Program-made: the position numbers and the translations under genes
Notes under the pieces: generated by a model
Database searches by the model: none
The model's input: the letters and a program-made list of their open reading frames with translations, nothing else
What the model was told of the DNA's origin: nothing
Part shown: positions 24,235-36,200 of the stretch, piece after piece
How positions within the stretch are numbered: the first letter of the stretch is position 1
How the letters are laid out: each line of letters opens with the position of its first letter
DNA from: Squalus acanthias
Taxonomy: Eukaryota
DNA: 64,000 nucleotides
Direction: 5' to 3'
Assembly: GCA_030390025.1 (NCBI GenBank)
Contig: CM059432.1
Coordinates: forward strand, 98,954,001-99,018,000

Positions 24235-24636
24235 CAGAAACTGCAGAGAGTCCCTCAGCTGACCGGCACAGAAAGCAGAATGGCTGCGGAGCTGTCAAAA
24301 GCTGCAGTCTCTGCTTTCTGTGCTGGATTGATTTCTAACTGAGTCTAAGTACAGGGACTCACGTTAGAAATCATATTGTCAGTGTTTGACAGCTTCACAG
24401 AGCTGCCAAACGCTGAAATTTCATCTGTCAATAGCTCTTGACAGATGAAATTTCAATGGCTGACGTCACCTGTATCCAAGAGACCCTTGATTGGCCTGCT
24501 AAACCCGTTGGGCGGGCTTAACAAGGTCAATCAAGGGAAAATACAGTGGGTTGGCCACAAGTCGATGGAGGCGGGACTACAACCCAAAAAGTGGGAGTCC
24601 CGCCTCCATCACGCCCCCATTGACAAAATCCAGCCC
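24235..24636. mobile_element. Partial Harbinger MITE family A
   Basis: Twin TGACAG palindromes and right TIR CAAAATCCAGCCC; the other end is missing. Confidence 0.8.
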
Positions 24637-25209
24637 ACTAGGTGGATTATGCACTTTTAGATGTAGCACTCATCATTCTTTGAAAGGCTAGTCTCCATTC
24701 AAAATGACACCAAGAAAATAGAATTTCTTACCCCTGCAATAAATTTTCAGTAACAGCCAAGTAACTGTTCCTTGGGAGCATTTGTAAAACCACTCCATGT
24801 TGTATTATGTGCACTCCCTTTAGCATTAGTTGTAATCCTAGCCAGTCCACTGTGTATGAAAATCATGCATTGCAAAAGACAATTTACAGTTCACATTGTT
24901 GTTTTGCTTATTAGAACTTAAGAGTGTATGTGCTTTTTGTAAATTATTTCTGAGGTAAATAATGTATTAACTATCAGGCATAGTTCATTGTATTTAATTT
25001 AACTATGCATACATATACTAAATAGAATATAGTTGCAGTTGGATATGTTAGTTTTTAAAATTGTTACAATTTTGTAAATATTTGACAAAATAATTTATTT
25101 AACATTAATCCAAATATAAATTATTCCCTTGGCTAGTCAACATCCCTTGCTGCACATAATAAGTCAGAAAATATGGTCACTCTCTTATCTATCTCTACTC
25201 TCTTCATGT

Positions 25210-25437
25210 TACTGACTCTCTCTGTCTCTCCTCTTGTGCTTCTGTCTCTCTTTTTCTATTCCCTGCTAGTTCTCTCTCCTTAGCTCTTCTTTGTGCTTCT
25301 CGCTCTGTCTTTTTCTCCTTTCAGGTGAGTGGTGGTAGGTCGTATGGCATGGCCTGGCAGAGAAAGGAGGTGCAGGCTGTGAAGGGATGACTTAAAGCCA
25401 GCATTCTGATATGTGTGTCCCTACTTTTTTTCTGTAG
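25210..25437 (+). promoter_or_regulatory. Two candidate host 3' splice sites (AG ending 25324 and 25437); the first is directly followed by GTGAGT
   Basis: Branch-like TACTGAC at 25210, about 110-nt pyrimidine tract, TTTCAG|GTGAGT; second site has CTGAT, a T-tract and CTGTAG. Non-repetitive context. Confidence 0.45.
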
Positions 25438-26939
25438 GCATGTCCCAGGATCCAACCAGCAGTCTAGTACGACAGAAGCAAGCAACCTTTCAAGTACCCA
25501 GAACTTTGACTCAATTGTAGCAACCATCAATGAAGCTTCAAGAAAACATGTTCTCAAAGGCACACTGCTGCTGGCCTGCAACTTCCATTTTAAATGGACT
25601 CAGTTAGCATTGGGTGGGACTGCTCCCTGAATCTTGGAAAATAGATAGTTGCATAACAATGCCTTCTTTAAAATAAGAATTGTCATGCAAAGGAAGTTCC
25701 AGAACATTCTGTGTAAGAGCTATTTACGCTGGAGGAAAATGCGCAGTGGAAAATGGAGTGGCATCTACCCAGAGCAGAGAGCAGAGACTTCTGGTAGAAA
25801 TACATTTCTGAACCTCACCTCTACAATTACCCTTGGTGGAACAGTTTACACCCCTTCAGATCTTGTGTATTATGTGCATCATATTGTACATATGTTACCT
25901 AGCAGAAAATAACAGTCATGCTTTTTTGATTGATTCAAATGTCCCACAAACCAATCCAAAACCAGTTCAGTACTATCAATTTAGCTAACTTTCTCTCATC
26001 ACATCTTCCACAAATTTCTATCATATCCTCCAATTCACCATGAGCAATGCCATGGGCAATCCACCAATGCTAACTAAAGCATTAAAGAACATAAGATTAT
26101 TTGCACTCCTGTGTAATTCTGCCCATTACAGGTTTAGCAGCAACTTAATCAACACAAATCTATCTGTGCAATCTTAATGAGGGCTAATTTTGTCCCGCAG
26201 GTTCTGTTTATGGAACATATTACAACAATTAAATGAGTTTTTGGTCCATTTGCAATTATTATTTGCATGTACAGTATAAATTTCTTGATAAATTACTTTC
26301 ATTTTCTACTCACTAAGCTAAATTTACTAATCCAAGACTAAACAATGTTTGTGTAGACAAGGGAATTAGAGGTGCAACATTAGAGCATTATATTGGAAAG
26401 ATCTTTTGAGCATAACATTGTTCAGAGTCATTCACTGAAGTGAGAAAATACTAAAGCTTGGAAAATAATGTGAGCGATTTTACCTGCTTGCATCAATGTT
26501 TTTTCTCTTGGCTATTTTAACAGAGGCATTAACTTATTTTATATAAAAAGGTCAAAATAGCAGAGAGGAATTTGATATGAGTGTTTGAGAACTCATGCAA
26601 TGGTACAGTAGTTTCCAGGCTTATGTTATATTATAATATGAGGGCAAGGACAGGTTGAGGTGGGGACTACAAATATTATGCAAGTCGTAATAACTGAATT
26701 ATTCTCCAGATGATAAATATATATATTATTACCAACAGATATTCATTATAAGATGTGGGTTTATGATCTGATATTCATCATCAAGGCATCTGCTGTGGAA
26801 TTATTTTATGCTGTAAGCAAGTATCAATATGGCACTTACAGGCCATCACACATAGAGAATAAACCTGCAGCTTTACTTGGTTAAAAGAGACATGCTTTCA
26901 ACAGGACAAAAAGCCGTTAGAAGTGCGAGGTCAGCTTAT

Positions 26940-27221
26940 TATGTGAGCGACACTGGCAAGGCACTATTTATTGCTCATTCCTGATTGCCCTGGGAGCTTT
27001 AAGAATCAACAACATAGTATAGGATTGGCGTGCATTTAGGCGATACTGGGTCAGGGTGGCAGGTTTCCTTTCGGAAGGAAGTTACTGAACCAGTTGGCTT
27101 TCTATGACAATCTAGCAGCTTTAATGGTAACTTTTCTGGTACTAGCCCACAAGTTCACAACTTACCATAGGGGATTATGAACTCACTGTATTTGGGTTGC
27201 TAATCCAGTATCATAACCACT
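26940..27221 (-). mobile_element. Old SINE-like element: tRNA head + core + tail shared with the SINE-headed LINE
   Basis: Head and core align to 33304-33590 and 48430-48705; tail aligns to 38615-38662; no ORF in between. Confidence 0.65.
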
Positions 27222-27302
27222 AATACAAAAGCAAAGTACTGCGGATGCTGGAAATCTGAAATAAAAACTGAAAATGCTGTAAATACTCAGCAGGTCAGGC
27301 AA

Positions 27303-27412
27303 CATAGAAACATAGAAACATAGAAGATAGGAGCAGGAGTAGGTCATTCGGCCCCTCGAGCCTGCTCCACCATTTAATGAGATCATGGCTGATCATCCAA
27401 ATTCAATACCCT
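27303..27412 (-). mobile_element. CR1 3'-end fragment inserted in Penelope
   Basis: (CATAGAAA)n tail and 3' UTR similar to 45348-45450. Confidence 0.8.
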
Positions 27413-27429
27413 GTGGAGAGAGAGAGAGA

Positions 27430-27465
27430 ATTAACGTTTCAGGTCGATGACCTTTCCTCAGAACT
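27430..27465 (-). ncRNA. Minimal hammerhead ribozyme-like core in the Penelope 3' region
   Basis: - strand CTGAGGA-a-AGGTC atc GACCT-GAAACGTT with a palindromic stem III. Confidence 0.65.
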
Positions 27466-27674
27466 GGAAAAAGTTAGGGATGTAACAGGTTTTAAGCAAA
27501 TATAGAGGCAGGGAAAGGTTGCGGTGGGGAGAACAAAAGGGAAGGTCTGTGATAGGGTGGAAGGCAGGAGTGATTAAATGACAAAAGGGATAATAGTACA
27601 AAGCAAAAGGAGATGGTAATGGGACAAGTAATGAAACAAAAGAAGGGTCTAGAGGAACTGAAAATTACTGAAGC

Positions 27675-27925
27675 AGAAACATAGAAACATTGAAGATAGG
27701 AGCAGGAGTAGGCCATTCGGCCCTTCAAGCCTGCTCTGCCATTTAATGAGATCATGGCTGATCATCCAAATTCAGTACCCTGTCCCTGCTTTCTCCCCAT
27801 ATCCCTCGATCCCTTTAGCCTTAAGAACTATATCTAACTCCTTCTTGAATATATTTAATGATTTGGCCTCAACTGCCTTGTGTGGTAGAGAATTCCACAG
27901 GTTCACCACTCTCTGGGTGAAGAAA
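27675..27925 (-). mobile_element. Second CR1 3'-end fragment inserted in Penelope
   Basis: Same 3' UTR family as the fragments at 27303 and 45348. Confidence 0.85.
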
Positions 27926-30479
27926 TTACCAACAAAGTGCTGTTTTAAAAAATAGGAGCAGTGGTTATGGTCTGAAATTGTTGAAGTCGATGTTAAGTCC
28001 AGAAGGCTGTAAAGTGTCTAATCGAAAGATGAGATGCTGTTCCTCGAGCTTACGTTGAGCTTCATTAGAACAGTGTAGGAGGCCAAGGACAGAGAAGTCA
28101 GAGTGGGAGTGGGCCGGAGAATTAAAATGGCAAGCGACAGGAAGCTCAGGGTCATGTTTGTGGACTGAACGGAGGTGTTCCGCAAAGAGATCACCTAATC
28201 TGTGTTTGGTCTCCCCATGCAGAGGAGACCATATCATGAGCAGAGAATAGAGTATACTAAATTGAAAGAAGTACAACTAAATCGCTGTTTCACCTGGAAG
28301 GAGTGTTTGGGACACTGGATGGTGGGAAGGGAGGAGGTAAAAGGGCAGGTGTTGCATCTCCTATGCTTGCAAGAGACGATGCTGTGGGATGGGAGGGTGT
28401 GTTGGGGGTGATTGAAGAGGGGACCATCATGTCACAAAGGGAACGGTCCCTTCAGAATGGTGAAAGGGGAGGGGAAGATGTGTTTGGTGGTGGGATCACG
28501 CTGGAGGTGGTGGAAATGACAGAGGATGATCCGTTGAATGTGGACGTTGGTGGGGTGGAAGGTGAGGACAAGGGGAACCCTATTGTGGTTCTGGGAGGGA
28601 GGGGAAGGGGTGAGAGCACAAGTGCAGGAAATACAACAGACACTGTTGAGGACCATGTCAACCACGGTAGAGGGGAATCTTCGGTTAAGGAAAAAGGAAG
28701 ACATATCGGAAGCATTGGTATGGAAGGTGACATTGTCAGAACAGATGCAACGGAGATGGAGGAACTGGGAGAATGGAATACAGTCCTTACAGGAAGCGGG
28801 GAGGGAGGAAGTGTAATCAAGGTGGCTGTGGGAGTCAGTGGACTTATAGTATATATTGGTCAACAGCCTATCCTCAGAAATGGAGTTAGAGAAGTCAAGA
28901 AAGGGAAGGGAAGAGTCAGAGATGGACCATGTGAAAGCGAGGAAAGGGTGAAAATTGGAAGTAAAGTTGTTGACATTTTCCAGCTCACGGCAAGAGCAGG
29001 AAGCAGCACCGATAAAGTTATCAATGTACTGGAAAAAGAGGTGAGGGAGGGGACCTGAGTAGGACTGGAACGAAGAATGTACCACACATCCCACAAAAAG
29101 GCAGGTATAGTTAGGACCCATATGGTTTTGCATAGCAACACCTTTTATTTAGAGGAAGTGAGTGGAGTCAAAGGAGAAGTTGGTCAATGTAAGAACAAGT
29201 TCAGTCAGGCAGAGGAGAGTGGTGGTGGATGGGGACTGGTTGGGCCTCAGTTCAAGGATAAAGTGGAGGGTCCTTAGGCCGTCCTGGTGGTGGGCGGAGG
29301 TGTAGAGGGATTGGATGTCCATGGTGAAAAGGAGACTGAAATCTGCCAACTGCTGCAGCCATAACTACAACCTCAAAGCAGGGCAAGGACAGCATTGCCT
29401 GTGGCTGTCAAGGTGACCGTGGTTCTTAACTGTTATGCGTCTGGCTCCTTCCAGGCTGCTGCTGGAGATACAAGCAACATCTCGGAGTTTGCAGCATACT
29501 GCTGCATAAGGGAGGTCATTGAGGTTCTCTATACACAGAGAGACAGCTTCATCTCATTCCCTCTTGCCAGAGACAAGCAGGTGGAGCGAGCACAAGGGTT
29601 TGCACAGATTGCAGGCCTCCCTATGGTGCAGGGTGCCATTGACGGCACGCATATTGACTTATGTGAGCCTTATGTGAACTCAGCCATTTTCATGAACTGA
29701 AAGGGATTCCAGTCTCTCAATGTACAGCTGGTGTGCGACCACAGGCTGCTCATCATGCAGGTGAATGCCCGTTATCCTGGCAGTAGGCACGATTCCTTCA
29801 TTCTGCAGCAGTCCTCTGTGGCAGCTTTATTTGACTGGCTACTGGGCAACAAGGGTTAGCCACTGAGGACATAGCTCAAAACTCCGGTGTGGAACCCACC
29901 CACGCGTGCACAGCAGGCCTATAATGAGAGTTATCCTGCCACAAGGAACATTATAGAGCACACCATCGGTGATCTCAAGCAACACGTCCACTGCCTGACT
30001 GCTCTGGAGGAGCCCTGCAGTACTCAGCTGAGCGGGTATCAAGATTTGTGGTAGTATGCTGCATGCTGCACAACCTCGCCATTAGGAGGGAACAGCCTTT
30101 GGCACCACCTATCAGATGAGAAGCTGAGGAGCAGGAGCATGAGGAAGAGGAGGAAGAGGAAGTGCAGGAGGATGAAGTGCAACAGGAAGTGGAGGAACAG
30201 AAAGAGGAAAGGAGGATACAACATAGAAAGTGTGGCGGATCGCCACCTAAACGGGAATTATCCACTTTTCTGTCCGTGGACAATATATCGGGCACCTTGC
30301 CTTTAAGGCACCTTGCCTTTAAGGCAGGAGAAAAGGAGTGGGCGGGGCCTCAGGGTTTTTCCAGAGAATTCTGGGAGCAGTTTGTTTCAGCCATTTTGGA
30401 CCAGGCAGTTGTATTAAAAAGCCTTTGTTTTCCACACATGGATTCAGTCTTAATTCGTGTTTCGCGGCAGCCTCAACAT

Positions 30480-30493
30480 TGGTGACCCCGACG
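30480..30493 (+). promoter_or_regulatory. Primer-binding site complementary to the tRNA-Trp 3' end
   Basis: TGGTGACCCCGACG one base after the 5' LTR. Confidence 0.85.
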
Positions 30494-30518
30494 CTCAGAA
30501 CGTATTCCGAGCACTGCA

Positions 30519-32452
30519 ATGGTGGACACGAACGCAGTTTCCGTGAAACTGCCGGAGTTTTGGGAAAACCAGCCCGAAGCCTGGTTTCTCCAAGCTGAAT
30601 CCCGCTTCCGGCTGAAAACATTACCACAGATGGGACGCAGTACGACTGCCTCGTCACATCACTCGGTAGCGCCACAGTTTCGAAGGTTTGGACAGTGCTG
30701 CAGAACCCACCAGAGGAAGGCAAGTATGCACATCTTAAGGCAGCGCTCCTTAAAAAATTTACGGCCTCGGCATACCAGCAAAACTTCCACCTCCTCGACC
30801 TTCCAGGCCTCAGTGATGCCTCACAGTCAGACCTCCTCTCCCACATGCTCTCCCTCACCGACGAGAGCCCACCCGGATCCCTCTACCGCACGCTGTTCAT
30901 CCGCCAGCTACCTCTCAGCATCCGCCCAGCGATCGTGGCGTCCGGCCTCACGAACCTGGAAGCCCTGGCCGATGAGGCCGACAAGCTGCTGTCTGCTCAC
31001 TCCAGCCGCGACGTCACACCGGACCTGGCAGCCAATGCCTGGGCGCGCCCCTCACCGGCCACCACGCGGCCACAAGGACCAGCCACCAGGCCCACAGGGC
31101 CTTCGCGCCCCACTAACCCGGGCCACTGTTATTACCACGCACGGTTCGGCGCCAGGGCACAACGGTGCACACCTCCCTGCTCTTTCAAGTCCGCCCCCGT
31201 ACCAGCCCCCGCGATGGCCCTGGGCCACGCGGGCTCCCTGCTGTACGTCACGGATGACAAAACAGGCCGCCGGTTCCTGTGCGACACTGGAGCTCAGCAC
31301 AGCATCATCCCGGCCTCCGCCCTCGACATCCAAAAGGGCAAACAAGGACCGGCGCTGGCTGCTGCTAGCGGCTCGGACATCCGGACGTACAGCACCCGGA
31401 CAGTCACCCTCGACCTCGCTGGTCGCCGCTACCGATGGGAGTTCATCACTCCCAAGGTGCTCTCCCCTCTCATCGGTGCAGATTTCCTGTGCGCCCACGG
31501 CCTACTGGTAGACATCCCTCGTCACCGCCTCGTGGACATGAACACCATGTCCCCCATCCTGGGCGCCATGGCCCCCCGTCAACCCGCCGACATGGCGTCA
31601 CAGTGCCACGCCCGGGCCACGGATGACTACTCGGCACTCCTGGCCGAATTCCCGGCCCTTACCAATCCGACCTTCTCCGCGGAGGCCGCCAAACACGGGG
31701 TGGAACACTTCATCCCCACCACAGGCCCCCCAGTGTACGCCCATTCCCGCAGGCTGGACCCGGCCAAACTGGACTTCGCACGGACCGAGTTTGCCACCAT
31801 GGAACAGCTCGGCATCATCCGCCGCTCCAACAGTCCCTGGGCCTCCCCACTCCACATCGCCCCCAAACCAGGCGGGGGTTGGCGCCCCTGCGGGGATTAC
31901 CGCCGCCTCAACGACGCCACCACCCCTGATCGGTACCCCGTGCCGCACATTCAGGACTTCTCAGCTAGACTGGCCGGCCGCTCAGTCTTTTCCAAGGTCG
32001 ACCTGGTGCGCGGCTACCACCAAGTCCCCATCCACCCTGCGGACATCCCCAAGACGGCCGTAATCACCCCCTTCGGCCTGTTCGAGTTCCTGCGGATGCC
32101 CTTCGGCCTCAAAAACGCGGCCCAGGCATTCCAACGGCTCATGGACTCGGTCCTTCGGGACCTGAAGTTCCTGTTCGTCTACCTGGACGACATCCTGGTA
32201 GCCAGTTCCTTCAAGCAGGAACACCTCGAACACCTTCACATCCTGTTCGGGCGCTTCAGCGACCACGGGCTCATCCTCAGCCCAGCCAAATGCCAGTTCG
32301 GCCTGGACAAGATCGACTTCCTCGGCCACCACATCACCCATGCTGGGGCTATTCCCCTGCCCACCAAGGTGCAGGCCGTCCAACAATTTCCCCGCCCCAC
32401 CACCATCAAAGGCCTCCAGGAGTTCCTCGGCAGTTTGTTTCAGCCATTTTAG
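30519..32452 (+). pseudogene. gag-pol (Gag, CHCC knuckle, protease, RT); RNase H and integrase lost
   Basis: VKLPEFW...[54 protein letters not shown]; one frameshift in the A-run near 30617. Confidence 0.9.
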
Positions 32453-33303
32453 ACCAGGCAGTTGTATTAAAAAACCTTTGTATTCCACACATGGATTCAG
32501 TCTTAATTTGTGTTTCGCGGCAGCCTCAACAAAAGCCCCTTTCTGCCCAGGCTCTACATGATCAAATAATTCATGAGCGATACCAATAAGCTCAACCACA
32601 CCTCCCCATTCACCAACAATCCCACACTCCTTACTTTTCCTCTATCTCTGACCATCACATCGTCCTCTTTTCGACAACACAAAAATGAAAACCACTAGAA
32701 AATGCACATTGCAATCCAAATTTATAAATTAAATCATTACATAATACATACAAAAATAAACTAGTCACCCTTGTGCATTGCCTTAGTGGCTCTTTGTGTG
32801 CCTTTGCCTCTTCTAGTGCTCCTACGAGGCACTTCCCCGGTGGCTGCAGCATGGCTGGTGGAAGGTTGTTGACTGTAAATTGAGGAGATTGCAGATGGCC
32901 ATAGAGGGCAAACTCGAGCAGTTCAGACTGCACCATCTCGGCTGGGCTACAGCAGTCTGGGCTGGCTGGCTGACAGGCAAGAGCAAGGGCACTGACAGAA
33001 TGGCAGGGGTGGGAGTGGGAAACAGGTTTCTGCTCCATGGAGCCACTGTCATTCTCCTGAGATGGTGCCTGTGCCTGTGACATCAGCCATCAGACACAGC
33101 ACCATGGTGGGTTCCACAGGTGTGCTGATGGAGGTGACCACCTGTTCGAGGTAGAAAAGGATGGGCTCCAAGATCTGCATAACGTCCTATGATAAGTTGG
33201 TGCTGGAATACTCCATGCTCTTTGATATTGAGCATAGGCTTTCTGGCAGGTTTTCCATGCGCCAAGCATTTGGTTATGTACATTGCGGTTATCCACCAGA
33301 AAC

Positions 33304-35052
33304 AGTAGCATCGTAGTTCTGTTACTGGACTACTAATCCAAAGGTCTGGACTAATGATCTGGAGACATGAGATCAAATCCCACACACTGACAGCTGGGGA
33401 ATTTAAATTCAGTTAATTAAATAAATCTAGAATAAAAAGCTAGTATCAGTAATGGTTGTCATAAAAACCCATCTGTCTCACTAATGTCCTTTAGGAAAGC
33501 AAAATCTTCCATCCTTACCTGGTCTGGCCTATATGTGACTCCAGACACACGGCAATGTGGTTGATTCTTAACTGACCTCTGAAATGGCCTAGCAAGCCAT
33601 TCAGTTGTAACAAACCACTACGAACAATAATAATAATAATAATAATAATAAAACCACGAGGCATCGACTATGGACACGGCAATGGCACACCCAACCCAGT
33701 CGAACCTGCAAAGTCCTCCTCACGAACATCTGGGGACTTGTGCCAAAATTGGGAGAGCTGTCCCACAGACTAGTCAAGCAGCAGCCTGACATAGTCATAC
33801 TCACAGAATCATACCTTTCAGTCAATGTCCCAGACTCCTCCGTCACCATGCCTGGGTATGTCCTATCCCACCAGCAGGATGGGACATACCCACCAAAGGT
33901 GGCTATACAGTTGGCAGGGAGTGGTCAACATTGACTCTGAACCCCATGAAGTCTCTTGACTTCAGGTCAAGCATGGACAAGGAAACCCCCTGCTGATTAC
34001 CACCTACTGCTCTCCCTCAGCTATGAATCAGTACTCCTCCATTTTGAACACCACTTGGAAGAAGCACTGAGGGTAGCAAGGGCACAGAATGTACTCTGGG
34101 TGGGGGACTTCAATGTGCATCACCAAGAATAGCTCGGTAGCACCACTACAGGCCGAGTCCTGAAGGATATAGCTGCCAGACTGGGGCCTACGGTAAGAGA
34201 ACCAACACGAGGGAAAAACCTACTTGACCTCGTCCTCACCAATCTACCTGTCGCAGATGCATCTATCCATGACAGCATTGGTAGCAGTGACCATAGCACA
34301 GTCATTGTGGAGACAAAGTCCCATCTTCACACTGAGGACACCCTCCATCGTGTTGTGTGGCACTACCACTGTGCTAAATGGGGTAGATTCAGAACAGATG
34401 TAGCAGCTCAAAACTGGGCAAAACTGGCCATCAGCAGCAGCAGAATTGTATTCCACCACAATCTGTAACCTCATGGCCCGGCATATCATTAACTCTACCA
34501 TTACCATCAAGCCAGGAACTAACCCTGGTTCAATAAGGAGTGCAGAAGAGCATGCCATCAAAGCAGTATTTGACCGAGTGTGGCATCAAGGAGCCCGAGT
34601 AAAACTGAAGTCAATGGGAATTAGGGGGAAAGCTCTCCACTGGCTGGAGTCATACCGAGAACAAAGGAAGATGGTTGTGGTTGTTGAATGTCAATCATCA
34701 CAGCCCCAGGACATCGCTGCAGGAGTTCCTCAGGGCAGTGTCCTAGGCCCAATCATTTTCATCTGCATCATCAATGACCTTCCCTCCATCGTAATGTCAG
34801 AATAGGGGATGTTCACTGATGACTGAACAGTGTTCAGTGCCATTCGCAACTCCTCAGATTACGAAGCAGTCCATGCCCGCATGGAGTAAGAACTTGACGA
34901 CTTAAGGCTTGTGCTGATAAGTGGCAGGTTACATTCGCACCACATAAGTGCCAGGCAATGACTATCTCCAACAAGCGAGAGTCTAACCATCTCCCCTTGA
35001 CATTCAACGGCATTACCATAGCCAAATCCCCCACCATCAACATCCTGGGGGT
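33304..35052 (+). mobile_element. CR1-group LINE with a tRNA-derived SINE-like 5' end (copy A, decayed)
   Basis: A/B-box-like head, core TCACTAATGTCCTTTAGG..., then directly APE (TNIWGLVPKLGEL...DIVILTESYL) and RT ([18 protein letters not shown]). Confidence 0.8.
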
Positions 35053-35384
35053 CAAGCCACTAATCAGACTTCAATGGGCTTGCTGCGCTACCTCTCCCGC
35101 AGCCGCAAATGTTTTATGCCACATGATGTGGCATGGCATTTCCCCCACATTTTGTGGGCCTGCAGACCTCACTCTATGATGTATTTTGGCCCTCGGCAAC
35201 CATTACCCCTCAACTTTAATGAACGGACTATCATGGGCTGTGTGCGCGTTGGGATCTTGGATGGTGGAATCACTCCTTTACTGACCAAGGATTCTGCAGA
35301 CAGGGCTGAGCACTCTTGTACAAGATTTTGAGTTAACCATGAAGAAATGTGTCTCTGGCTTTATGGATATCTATTTGCCTGTAT

Positions 35385-36200
35385 TCAACAACAACAACTT
35401 ACATTTATTTAGATAGTAAAATGTCCAAAGGCGCTTCACAGGAGCGATTATCAAACAAAATTTGACACCAAGCCACATAAGGAGATAATAGGACAGTGAG
35501 AGGTAGGTTTTAGGGAGCATCTTAAAGGAGAATAGAGAGGTCGAGAAGCAGAGAGGTTTAGGGAGGGAAATGCAGAGCTTAGGGCCACGGCAGCTGAAGG
35601 CACGGCCGCCAATGGTGGAGTGAATAAAATTGGGGATAAGCAAGATGTCAGAATTGGAGAAGCACAGAGATCTCAAAAAGATGTAAGGCTGGAGGAGGTT
35701 GCAGAGACAGGGAAGGGCGAGGCCAGGAATTTGAAAACAAGGATGAGAATTTTTAAATCGAGGTGTTGCTGGACTGGGAGCCAATGTAGGTCAGCGAGCA
35801 AGGGGTTGAACTGGACTTGGTGCAAGTTAGGATACGGGCAGCAGAGTTTTGGATGAGCTCAAGTATACGGAGGGTGTAAGGTGGAAGGTTGGCCAAGAGA
35901 GCATTGGAATAGTCGAGTCTAGAGGTACAAAGTCGCAGATGAGGGTTTCAGCAGCAGATGAGCTGAATCTGGGCAGAGACGGGCAATGTTACGGAAGTGG
36001 AAGTAAGCGATCTTGGTAATGGAGAGAATATGGGGTCGGAAGCTCAGCTCAGGGTCAAATAGAGCGCCAAGGTTGTGAACAGTTTGGATCAGCCACAGAC
36101 AGTGACCAGGGAGAGGGATGGAGTCGTGGCTAGGGAACAGAGTTAGTGCCGGGGACCAAAGACAATGGCTTCGGACTTCCCACTATTTAATTGGAGGAAA
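35385..36200 (-). mobile_element. L2 LINE 3' fragment
   Basis: C-terminal IGGRAFS...FKMLPKTYL; tail ...AATGTAAG(TTG)n. Confidence 0.8.

Larger units (their letters stand above)
27222..29335 (-). mobile_element. Penelope-like element (RT + GIY-YIG endonuclease), decayed and 5'-truncated
   Basis: RT: LFTMDIQSLYT, MGPNYTCLF, QYIDN, LPFLD, IYYKSTDSH; endonuclease: GETKHRLGDLFAEH...PVACHFN...LEEQHLI...PSGLN. Confidence 0.92.
30231..32531 (+). mobile_element. Ty3/Gypsy LTR retrotransposon (CsRn1/Boudicca/Kabuki-like), internally deleted
   Basis: 5' LTR 30231-30478 (TG...CA); partial 3' LTR 32430-32531; 4-bp TSD AAAG; PBS; gag-PR-RT. Confidence 0.92.
29340..33295 (+). mobile_element. Decayed two-gene Harbinger: transposase (+, 29340-30230 and 32532-32589) and convergent Myb-gene 3' end (-, about 32761-33295)
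   Basis: YASGSFQ, VQGAIDGTH, HDSFIL, RNIIEHTIG, acidic tail; frame resumes after the Gypsy (ALHDQIIHERYQ*); - strand ATGEVPRRSTRR...AMHK matches the Myb C-termini. Confidence 0.85.

Noticed and set aside
28303..29058. 251-aa Gly/Glu-rich + strand ORF
   Set aside because: Antisense shadow of the Penelope RT region.
30519..30700. Programmed gag frameshift
   Set aside because: The shift is early in gag at a short A-run; a 1-nt deletion or sequencing error is simpler.
33626..33650. (AAT)n run and the 22-nt duplication near 630-671
   Set aside because: Ordinary microsatellite or slippage; no repeat-spacer (CRISPR-like) structure anywhere in the window.
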